From positions 68,997 through 132,996 of the forward strand of contig CAKVFE010000003.1 in NCBI GenBank assembly GCA_934746645.1: 64,000 nt of DNA, given 5' to 3'. Source of the stretch: an uncultured Clostridia bacterium. GTDB taxonomy: Bacteria; Bacillota; Clostridia; Christensenellales; UBA1242. A model generated the notes under the pieces. That model saw nothing but the letters and a program-made list of their open reading frames with translations, had not been told where the DNA came from and searched no databases. Below are positions 53,727-61,554 of this stretch, in pieces. The translations under genes were made by a program, and so were the position numbers. Position 1 is the stretch's first letter. The number at the start of each line of letters is the position of its first letter.

Positions 53727-53803
53727 TAAATTATATATATTCTTGATATATATTTAATTGTTAAAACAATATAGATTTGATAAAATAATATACGGAGATA
53801 TTT

Positions 53804-54505
53804 ATGAAAGTATATGCAATTTCAGATTTACATTTAAGTATCAATAGCAATAAACCAATGAACATATTTGGACCTGTTTGGGACGGATACTTAGAAAAAA
53901 TTGAAGAAAGTTGGAAAGAAAAAGGTGTCACAGATGATGACATTGTTTTGATTGCAGGCGATTTAAGTTGGGCTATGAAACTTAATGACGCTATAGCAGA
54001 TTTGGAATATATATCCAAAATGGGTAAAGGTAAAAAAGTTGTTATAAGAGGCAACCACGATTATTGGTGGAGTAGTATTTCTGCATTGCGTGGAGTTTTG
54101 CCTTATGGTATGTACGCCTTGCAAAATGACGCTGTAAAGATTGGAGATTATATTATTTGTGGTACTAGAGGGTGGACTGTACCTGAAGTAGCACACAAAA
54201 CTCCTGAAGATGAGAAAATATATAAAAGGGAAGTCATTAGACTTGAACTTAGTTTGCAAGATGCAAAAAGACTACAAACCAACAACGAAACTATAATTTG
54301 TATGATGCACTATCCACCATTTAATAGTAAACTTGAAGATAGTGACTATACTCAATTATTTGAAAAATATGGTATATCAACTGTAGTTTATGGACATTTG
54401 CACTCTTATGATAAAAAACAAAAACTAGTTGTTACCAAAAATGGTGTTACATATTATCTTACAAGTTGTGACTTAGTAGGCAACAAACTTATAGATATTA
54501 TGTAG
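53804..54505 (+). CDS. Calcineurin-like metallophosphoesterase
   Basis: SDLHL, GDLSW, GNHDYW and GHLH motifs. Confidence 0.85.
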   Translation: MKVYAISDLHLSINSNKPMNIFGPVWDGYLEKIEESWKEKGVTDDDIVLIAGDLSWAMKLNDAIADLEYISKMGKGKKVVIRGNHDYWWSSISALRGVLPYGMYALQNDAVKIGDYIICGTRGWTVPEVAHKTPEDEKIYKREVIRLELSLQDAKRLQTNNETIICMMHYPPFNSKLEDSDYTQLFEKYGISTVVYGHLHSYDKKQKLVVTKNGVTYYLTSCDLVGNKLIDIM

Positions 54506-54547
54506 TATAAGTTTATAAAAAAATTAGGCATATATTGTGCCTAATAT

Positions 54548-54623
54548 GCTGATGTGGCTCAGTTGGTAGAGCAATGCATTCGTAATGCGTAGGCCGTGGG
54601 TTCGAGTCCCACCATCAGCTCCA
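54548..54623 (+). tRNA. tRNA-Thr (anticodon CGT), CCA encoded
   Basis: Acceptor GCTGATG/CATCAGC, anticodon loop TTCGTAA, GGTTCGAGTCC. Confidence 0.9.
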
Positions 54624-54644
54624 ATAATATTTATTAACATATAT

Positions 54645-54680
54645 CCTTACTGGGGAATTTTTCCTAGTGAGGTGTTTTTT
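54645..54680 (+). terminator. Terminator after tRNA-Thr
   Basis: CCTTACTGGG/CCTAGTGAGG hairpin (with G-U pairs) plus T-run. Confidence 0.65.
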
Positions 54681-54739
54681 ATTTAAAATAAATGCAATAT
54701 TGATAGCGCTTATGGTATAATCGGAGAAAGGAGTTAATT

Positions 54740-55030
54740 ATGGCTTCAAGTGTAGAGTATAGAGATTTTATTTTGGATCAACTATCAGATTTAAATCCGA
54801 CATACAAATCTATGATGGGTGAATATTTGATATATGTTAATGGTATTTATTTTGGTGGTATATTTGATGATAGGTTCTTATTGAAAATCACTGAAACAAA
54901 TAACAACTATAGACTAAGCAAAGTTTTGCCTTATGAAAATGCAAAACAAATGTACTTAGTCGAAAATGTAGACGATAGAAAATATCTTACATTGTTGGTA
55001 TTAGATACTATTAAGGGTTTAAAAAAGTAA
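54740..55030 (+). CDS. TfoX N-terminal-domain-like protein
   Basis: 96 aa; …YRDFILDQL……MMGEYLIYVNGIYFGGIFDDRFLLK… matches the TfoX_N pattern. Confidence 0.55.
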   Translation: MASSVEYRDFILDQLSDLNPTYKSMMGEYLIYVNGIYFGGIFDDRFLLKITETNNNYRLSKVLPYENAKQMYLVENVDDRKYLTLLVLDTIKGLKK

Positions 55031-55042
55031 TAGGAGTGGAGT

Positions 55043-55813
55043 ATGAAAGCAATATTTTTAACTAGTTATATTGGTGGTTGCAAGACTATAATAAATGGCA
55101 ACAATATATATAAAGAAATAGTAAAATGTGATAATTCTAATGGTTTTATTGATAAATTGAAAGAAGTTTGTTCAAAGATAAACAAGATGACATTTGTTGC
55201 AAGCAATCCTGATAGCTCTTTAAAAACAGATGAACACGCTAATATCACAAAAGATGCACTTAATTTAGACGGCTTTGAAATAAAAGAATTGACAATAATA
55301 GACCATAGTTTTGTTGGCGATATAGAAAAAACTATATTGTCTTCGGATATGGTATTTTTAGCTGGTGGCAATGTGCCTATGCAAAACAAGTATTTTAAAG
55401 AAATACATCTAAAACAAATACTTCAAAAATATACTGGAGTTTTGATAGGTCAAAGTGCTGGCAGTATGAATTGTAGTGATGTCGTTTATACTCAACCTGA
55501 AGAAGTAGAAGAATTTGATGATGTTAATTACAAAAGAATTATTAGTGGATTAGGAGTGGTTGATTTTGCTATAATGCCACATATTAATAGTGCTAATGAG
55601 ATAGATGAATATGGACATCCAAGTGTTATGCAGATGTGTTTGAAAGATTCCTATCAAATACCACATTATGGGATTTGTGATTATGGTTTTATAGAAATAA
55701 TCAATCATAATGCAGTAGCTTATGGCAAAACATATCTTATTGACAATGGTGTATGTAAACAAATTTGTGATGACGGACAAAGTGTTGCTATATCAAAATT
55801 GTCTATGCACTAG
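55043..55813 (+). CDS. Peptidase S51 / type-1 glutamine-amidotransferase-like (dipeptidase E family) protein
   Basis: FLAGGN and nucleophile-elbow GQSAGSM motifs. Confidence 0.6.
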   Translation: MKAIFLTSYIGGCKTIINGNNIYKEIVKCDNSNGFIDKLKEVCSKINKMTFVASNPDSSLKTDEHANITKDALNLDGFEIKELTIIDHSFVGDIEKTILSSDMVFLAGGNVPMQNKYFKEIHLKQILQKYTGVLIGQSAGSMNCSDVVYTQPEEVEEFDDVNYKRIISGLGVVDFAIMPHINSANEIDEYGHPSVMQMCLKDSYQIPHYGICDYGFIEIINHNAVAYGKTYLIDNGVCKQICDDGQSVAISKLSMH

Positions 55814-55969
55814 TTGGTAACAAGTGGTATCATAGTTAGTAAATGGTATTTGGCTATCTGTCGTAGTTGCCGAATGTTTGGCATTGATAGTTAGTATAGT
55901 TTGCCTAATCGCAAAAAAGAAAAAATATCAATATTAGATTTATGTGTTAAGAATATATAAAACAAAAAA

Positions 55970-55996
55970 CTGAAAGAATTTTCTTTCAGTTTTTTT
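55970..55996. terminator. Terminator (A-run/T-run flanked)
   Basis: CTGAAAGA-ATTT-TCTTTCAG plus T7. Confidence 0.8.
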
Positions 55997-56007
55997 AATC
56001 AACAATT

Positions 56008-56039
56008 AATTTTCAAATTAAATGTTGATGTGGTATAAT
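56008..56039 (+). promoter_or_regulatory. Candidate promoter with extended -10
   Basis: TGgTATAAT (56031-56039) with a weak -35 TTTCAA 17 nt upstream. Confidence 0.5.
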
Positions 56040-56063
56040 TGTTGTAATGTATAAGGGGTAAAT

Positions 56064-56699
56064 ATGAAAAAACAAATTGTTAATCCAGTATTAAGACAAC
56101 CTATGCTTAATGGTATTATGCCTGTGTGGGATAGTAACAGCCAAATATTGATGTTGGGTTCAATAACTGCTACAGATGGTATGAAAAAAGGTTTTTATTA
56201 TGCGAGTCAACGCAACCAGTTTTGGCAGTTATTGGATTGTGTTTTGGGTACAACTTGTTTTTCAGATTTAAAAGACCAATTAAAAAACAACTATGATAAT
56301 TATAAGAATGGTTTGATTGATTTTGATATTTTTGAAGATAACAAAAACAAAATTAAAGAAACAATGGCTTTTGAATTAACAAAAAGAAAAATTGCTATTT
56401 GTGATGTATTTTTGCAATGTTATTTTAACAACAATAGTTCGCTTGATAATGATATTATTCTTAATGACCCATTGTATCCAGCGATGTCTAATAAAGAAAC
56501 AATAAAAAATATTATTGATAATTCTAATATAAAATATGTCGTTGTTAATAGCCGATTTGTGCAAAAACAATTTGAAAAAATGCACATAACTGGTGACTTT
56601 GAAGTTAAATATGTTGTTAGTCCATCTCCAAGAAAAGGGAGTATTGATAGTAAATTATCTAGTTGGCAATCAGTATTTAACGAATTGAATAAGGATTGA
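56064..56699 (+). CDS. UDG-superfamily DNA glycosylase (DNA-deoxyinosine / hypoxanthine glycosylase-like)
   Basis: ILMLGSITATDGMKKGFYYASQRNQFWQLL resembles the family pattern ilGS.P…S……YYa.p.N.FW. TGA stop; no terminator before the next gene. Confidence 0.6.
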   Translation: MKKQIVNPVLRQPMLNGIMPVWDSNSQILMLGSITATDGMKKGFYYASQRNQFWQLLDCVLGTTCFSDLKDQLKNNYDNYKNGLIDFDIFEDNKNKIKETMAFELTKRKIAICDVFLQCYFNNNSSLDNDIILNDPLYPAMSNKETIKNIIDNSNIKYVVVNSRFVQKQFEKMHITGDFEVKYVVSPSPRKGSIDSKLSSWQSVFNELNKD

Positions 56700-56782
56700 T
56701 AATATTAATTACGTAAAAAAAATAATATGTGATATACTTATAAAAAATAGATTATAAAATTATGTTTAAATAAGGAAGTAGT

Positions 56783-56959
56783 ATGTTAAAATTCTCAGCT
56801 GGGTATGTAGGGACTAATCCTAATTTTGTAATACAAAATATTGATGTGAAAAGTAAAAACAATAATCCAGTATTTTCTATATTTAATAATATATTGTTAA
56901 GAGGGTGTCCAACTATACCATCTAAATTTTTACAAAAAAATTTGCGGGGGGGGGTATAA
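56783..56959 (+). CDS. 5' fragment (58 codons) of the nuclease-helicase gene, truncated by a frameshift at the homopolymer tracts
   Basis: ATG 56783 is preceded by AAGGAAG (56772-56778). Reads …PSKFLQKNLRGGV* with TAA at 56957-56959, immediately after G9. Confidence 0.7.
   Translation: MLKFSAGYVGTNPNFVIQNIDVKSKNNNPVFSIFNNILLRGCPTIPSKFLQKNLRGGV
56934..56954 (+). repeat. Homopolymer pair A7 (56934-56940) and G9 (56946-56954): candidate slipped-strand / phase-variation tract
   Basis: Counted directly: tacAAAAAAAtttgcGGGGGGGGGtat. I noticed no other G or C run longer than about 5 in the window. Confidence 0.85.
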
Positions 56960-57114
56960 CTACTCGTTTTAATTATGTATATGATTTTGAAAATGTTTGT
57001 TGGAATAATATAATTAAAGGTGGAGTAGAAACAAATCCTGCAATTGTTTTTTATAATGAAATACTACCTAAAGTATTAGGGAAATATGCTAAAACTTTTA
57101 TTGCTGAGTGTCCA

Positions 57115-60054
57115 TTGTCTGACATAATTTATAAATATGGAAATGTAGATTTTGAAAGTGTAGATTTTTATTCTCCATTATTTAATGCTGTTATAGAAAT
57201 TGATGGAAATCAACATATAAACAATGATGAGCAAAACATAAAAGACCATAATAGAAATAAAGTATTAGAATTAAATGGTGTTGATATTATTAGAATAAAA
57301 ACATCTGAGATAAATAACATTAATATAGTGAAACAAAAATTAAATAAATTAAAATATAATCTGGATTATAAAAATTCAGTTGTTTTTTCTAATAAATTAA
57401 GTGAATGTGATTTATATTATATGTCTATTATGAGAATAGAAATTTTATTGTTGTCTTTATATCAATATAATTATTTAAAATTGACAGATAATCAAATTGC
57501 ATTAAATATATATAGTAAGGAAAATATAAAAAAAGAAATTTTTGAAACTGCATATTTTGATTTTATGTCGTGGCTAAAAAATTTGTCAGTTTTGCAAAAT
57601 CAAAAATTTGTAATTCCTAACTTACATATAAATATAGTTAATAGTGAAAAAGAATTATCTATATTAAAAAATGGTATTAATATTGCTATTTTTTTGAAAG
57701 ATGTATATTCACAAACTAATTATAGTAATATTATTTACATAAAAAATGATTATTTCTTATATGAAGAGAATCTAATTCCAACAATAGAAAATAATTCTAC
57801 AAAAAGTTCATATAGATATAAAAAAAATTATTTTAAAGTATCTAATTGTAATATCACTTATAAGATAACAAAAGAAGGACATAGTGAAGCTTTAATTTAT
57901 ATACTTAAAAATGTTTCTAATATTTATAATGATTTTAGAGCAAATCAATTAGACATTATAATAGAATGTCTAAATAAAACAAGTGTTATAGGAATTTTGC
58001 CGACTGGAGCTGGCAAGTCATTGTGCTATCAACTCGTAGCATTATTAATTCCGTCCATAACATTAGTTGTATCTCCATTACAATTATTAATGATTGATCA
58101 ATATAATAGTATTAAGGCAAAACTTGGAATAACTAATATAATATATATTAGTGCTGATACGAAAGAAAATATAAGTGTATTGGAGAATAACCAAGCTTTA
58201 ATTTGTATAATTTCACCAGAAAGATTTTTTAGTGAAAAATTTACAAGTTTGTTGTCTAGTAAAAGAATTTCTGTAGGGTTTGTGGTAATCGATGAAGCTC
58301 ATTGTTTATCTGAATGGGGACACGATTTTAGAACATCTTATTTATGTTTAAGCCATAATCTTAATAGATTTTTGCCAAATAATACATACTTAATGGCATT
58401 AACAGCCACAGCATCTAATAGAGTATTCGAGGATATAGATTGTGAGTTTCAGAACTTTAAACATAAAAAGACAAGATCAATATATGCTGATTGTATGAAA
58501 AGAGATAATTTAACCATAATTGTACTCGAAACAAAAGATAAATATAAAGAACTAATTGATAATATTTATCCTACATTAGTTGGTGTTAATAAAGATAAGA
58601 CTTTGATATTTACTAAAACAAAATATTCATATTATGCCCCACATGCTTCTGCATGTATTACATTGACTGAAGCAATAAAAAGTGAATATGATAAAAAAAT
58701 TGATTGTAACTTAATAGACTACTATGCTGGTGGCGATGATGATAATAATCAAGATAAAATTAAAAAATTGAATCAATTTAAAAATGGAAATAAATTAGTA
58801 TTTTTTGCAACAAAGGCTTTTGGTATGGGAGTTGATATCCCTGATATAAGAAAAACAATTCATTATGGATTACCATCTTCATTGGAAGGTTTATATCAAC
58901 AAGTTGGTAGAGCTGGAAGAGACGGAAAACCTTCAAAATGTTATGTCTATTTTACTAAAGAAAGAGAAGAAACTTTAAATTTGTATTTTAAGATTCCACC
59001 AATACCTGTAAGTGTTATGGAAAATCATTTAAATATGCTTAATGAATTACGAACTAATTTTTATTTTATAGAAAATTCTAATTTGGATATTGATATTGAA
59101 AAAGAAGTATGCATTAGATTGTTAGAGGGGATCAAAAGGATAAACAAAAAAGGTAAAACTGACATATCTTGTTCTATTATTAAAGATAGTATTCTAAGAA
59201 GTGTTAATGATACACATTTAAATAAAATATTTGAAAAATATGGTAGTGTAAAAAATATTATAGAAAAAGGGCTGTATAGATTATTTTTATTAGGCGAAAT
59301 AAATATGTGGGGAGTGGTTTATGCTCAAAATTTAAATGATCCGATTTTTAATCATTTACAAGTTACAAGTTTATCTGAAGAAGAAAAACTTGCAAAATTA
59401 AAATATCATATTGAAAAGTATGAATCTAAATTTAAATTTGAAGATGGAAATTCTTTTGATAATAGATTAAAATTTTTAATTAGATGGACGTATGATAATT
59501 TTTTACAAGAAAGAATACAATCTATGAAAACTTTGTATGAAGAATGTGTGCATTTTACTACATCTGAAAGATTTATAAATTTTATTGATGAATATTTTTC
59601 AAATGACCCTATATATACTCAATTGATATCTAAGGGAGTAGAACTGAAAAAATGGATAAGGGCACTTGAAGAATATCCCGAAAAGACGAAGGATAGAATA
59701 GCAAGATTACTAGAATCTTATGATAAAATTACACCATTAAATTATGTATCTGGAATTACTAGATTGAGAGTTAACGATTTTGAACATAGTGATGGTAGAA
59801 GAAGATTGTGTATGGCGTTGGAAGAAATAAAAGAATATAGTGATGAAGATAGAATGTACTTGTTTTTTAATACATATAAATATTTAACGAAAGATAAACA
59901 AAATACATTTGTGGAATGTTGGCTAAATTATTGCAAAGAAGATGCACAAAAAATATATGAAAGTACACAAAATGAATGTTGTGAACAATTTTTAATTATA
60001 AATTTTGTAAATGATTTGTTGAAAATAGGAGAAAAAATAGATGATAGATTATAA
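57115..60054 (+). CDS. Vsr/DUF559-like PD-(D/E)XK nuclease fused to a RecQ-family SF2 helicase with a long unassigned C-terminal region (main frame; true 5' end probably 56783 via frameshift)
   Basis: Nuclease core VDFYSPLFNAVIEIDGNQH…D..RN..L…GVDIIRI (about 57148-57312). Helicase motif I PTGAGKS (58000-58020), motif II DEAH (58291-58302) in VVIDEAHCLSEWGHDFR, motif III LTATA, motif V FGMGVDIPDIR, motif VI QQVGRAGRDG (58897-58926). The frame is open back to 56926, has no ATG/GTG, and has no SD before the TTG at 57115. Confidence 0.8.
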   Translation: MSDIIYKYGNVDFESVDFYSPLFNAVIEIDGNQHINNDEQNIKDHNRNKVLELNGVDIIRIKTSEINNINIVKQKLNKLKYNLDYKNSVVFSNKLSECDLYYMSIMRIEILLLSLYQYNYLKLTDNQIALNIYSKENIKKEIFETAYFDFMSWLKNLSVLQNQKFVIPNLHINIVNSEKELSILKNGINIAIFLKDVYSQTNYSNIIYIKNDYFLYEENLIPTIENNSTKSSYRYKKNYFKVSNCNITYKITKEGHSEALIYILKNVSNIYNDFRANQLDIIIECLNKTSVIGILPTGAGKSLCYQLVALLIPSITLVVSPLQLLMIDQYNSIKAKLGITNIIYISADTKENISVLENNQALICIISPERFFSEKFTSLLSSKRISVGFVVIDEAHCLSEWGHDFRTSYLCLSHNLNRFLPNNTYLMALTATASNRVFEDIDCEFQNFKHKKTRSIYADCMKRDNLTIIVLETKDKYKELIDNIYPTLVGVNKDKTLIFTKTKYSYYAPHASACITLTEAIKSEYDKKIDCNLIDYYAGGDDDNNQDKIKKLNQFKNGNKLVFFATKAFGMGVDIPDIRKTIHYGLPSSLEGLYQQVGRAGRDGKPSKCYVYFTKEREETLNLYFKIPPIPVSVMENHLNMLNELRTNFYFIENSNLDIDIEKEVCIRLLEGIKRINKKGKTDISCSIIKDSILRSVNDTHLNKIFEKYGSVKNIIEKGLYRLFLLGEINMWGVVYAQNLNDPIFNHLQVTSLSEEEKLAKLKYHIEKYESKFKFEDGNSFDNRLKFLIRWTYDNFLQERIQSMKTLYEECVHFTTSERFINFIDEYFSNDPIYTQLISKGVELKKWIRALEEYPEKTKDRIARLLESYDKITPLNYVSGITRLRVNDFEHSDGRRRLCMALEEIKEYSDEDRMYLFFNTYKYLTKDKQNTFVECWLNYCKEDAQKIYESTQNECCEQFLIINFVNDLLKIGEKIDDRL

Positions 60055-60625
60055 AGAAATGGACAATGTAGTTAAACAACTAAATTTATACATTGATAAG
60101 ATTGAAAAGTTTACTCAAACGCAAGAGAAATTAAATATATCTATTAGTGAAATTGATAAAATAAAAAATGAAATTTTAGTGACTAAAGAAGATATAAAGA
60201 AATTTGAAGAATTAGTTGGTGATTATACTCAATCAATTAAAGATTTGGAAAATCAACACAATATCATAAAATCGCAATTTGATACAGTTCTACGAGATTA
60301 TAAAAATTTACATTCATCTTATGAATTATTGGAAATCGAATTAAAAAAAGTTGATTCAAAAATTGACGATTGTAATAAAGATATTAAAGAATTGAGTGAA
60401 AAAATTGATTCAAAAATTGAAGATTGTAATAAAAATATTTTGGTTTTAGATGAAAATATGAAAAATAGTTTTGAATTAATAAAGTCAGAACATAAAATGT
60501 TATCTGAAAATTTGAATGATATTTCTAACACTCAGAAAATTCAAAACGTTTGGATAGGATTGTTAAGTGGAATTTTAGGCATTGTTTTAATATTGAATAT
60601 TATTTTATTTTTTAAATTTATCTAG
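60041..60625 (+). CDS. Tail-anchored coiled-coil protein (C-terminal TM helix), translationally coupled to the nuclease-helicase
   Basis: ATG 60041 follows AGGAG and overlaps the upstream gene by 14 nt. Heptad-rich K/E/I/L sequence; C-terminal VWIGLLSGILGIVLILNIILFF (60548-60613) followed by only 3 residues. Confidence 0.7.
   Translation: MIDYKEMDNVVKQLNLYIDKIEKFTQTQEKLNISISEIDKIKNEILVTKEDIKKFEELVGDYTQSIKDLENQHNIIKSQFDTVLRDYKNLHSSYELLEIELKKVDSKIDDCNKDIKELSEKIDSKIEDCNKNILVLDENMKNSFELIKSEHKMLSENLNDISNTQKIQNVWIGLLSGILGIVLILNIILFFKFI
60351..60439 (+). repeat. Internal direct repeat, 35 nt twice with 54-nt period, in the coiled-coil gene
   Basis: TTGATTCAAAAATTGAcGATTGTAATAAAgATATT (60351-60385) vs TTGATTCAAAAATTGAaGATTGTAATAAAaATATT (60405-60439). 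Encodes DSKIDDCNKDI / DSKIEDCNKNI. Confidence 0.85.
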
Positions 60626-60652
60626 ATTTGTTTTTAATAACTATAATTATTG

Positions 60653-60681
60653 TTACACTATATTTTAATATGTGTTATAAT
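60653..60681 (+). promoter_or_regulatory. Candidate promoter with extended -10 for the lipoprotein gene
   Basis: TTACAC (60653-60658), 17-nt spacer, TGtTATAAT (60673-60681). Confidence 0.5.
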
Positions 60682-60708
60682 GTGTTATTATTGAGTGTGG
60701 GTAAAAAT

Positions 60709-61551
60709 ATGAAAAAATTTGTTATTGCTATTATGATGTTGATTTTGCCTTGTTTGGCATTGACTGGTTGTAATTCAAAACCTAGTCCTGTGGCTATTAG
60801 AGCTGTGTGGTGGTGGAGTAGTGATTTGGAAGAAGAAGTTGTTGATGAGTATCTTAATTTTGCTTATGACAATGGAATCAACGCCATATATTATTGTTCA
60901 AGTGAGTTTGGAGAAAAGACAAACGGATTTATAGAAAAAGCTAAAAAGAAGAATATGAAAGTTTATTGGTTGGACGGCTATTACAAATGGCTTACATCTG
61001 ATACATATCAAGCTAAATTGTTTGATAAAATAGATAAGTATTTGGATTATAACACCAATTATCCTGACAATGCTTTTTCTGGTGTGCATTTGGATATCGA
61101 ACCACATCAATCTCCAGACTTTAAAACAAATAGAGCAAATTTGATACTTAAACTTATAACTTTAGCTGACAAGTTGAAACAAACATACAAAACCACTAAT
61201 TTTACCTACGATATACCATTTTGGTTGCACGATGAGATAGAATACAATGGTGTCACCAAACCTGCTTATGCACATATGATAGACATTGCAGATAATATTA
61301 CTGTTATGAGCTATAGAGATAATGCAGACAAAATATATTCGGTTGCTAGTCAGGAATTGGCTTATGCTTCAAGCGTCAACAAAACAATTATTTTAAGTGT
61401 TGAATGTGGCAAAGAAGAAGATGTAGTAACATTTTATGAAGAAGGCAAAACAGTACTAAATACCGAACTTAATAGATTGTATCCAATGTTGCCACAATAT
61501 ACTGGTATGGCAATACACAATATCAAATCTTGGTATAATCTAGCAGACTAA
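60709..61551 (+). CDS. Lipoprotein, possibly TIM-barrel glycoside-hydrolase-like
   Basis: ATG 60709. Signal peptide with lipobox LALTG|C. FSGVHLDIEP loosely resembles a GH18-type D-x-E strand. The track start at 60628 is unlikely. Confidence 0.55.
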   Translation: MKKFVIAIMMLILPCLALTGCNSKPSPVAIRAVWWWSSDLEEEVVDEYLNFAYDNGINAIYYCSSEFGEKTNGFIEKAKKKNMKVYWLDGYYKWLTSDTYQAKLFDKIDKYLDYNTNYPDNAFSGVHLDIEPHQSPDFKTNRANLILKLITLADKLKQTYKTTNFTYDIPFWLHDEIEYNGVTKPAYAHMIDIADNITVMSYRDNADKIYSVASQELAYASSVNKTIILSVECGKEEDVVTFYEEGKTVLNTELNRLYPMLPQYTGMAIHNIKSWYNLAD

Positions 61552-61554
61552 TTA

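Noticed and set aside
57115-57117. The TTG at 57115 (the ORF-track start) as the genuine start codon of the nuclease-helicase gene
   Set aside because: No Shine-Dalgarno sequence precedes it. The frame is open for 63 codons upstream, and those codons encode what looks like the N-terminal half of the nuclease domain. A strong RBS and ATG at 56783 sit one frameshift away across the A7/G9 tracts.
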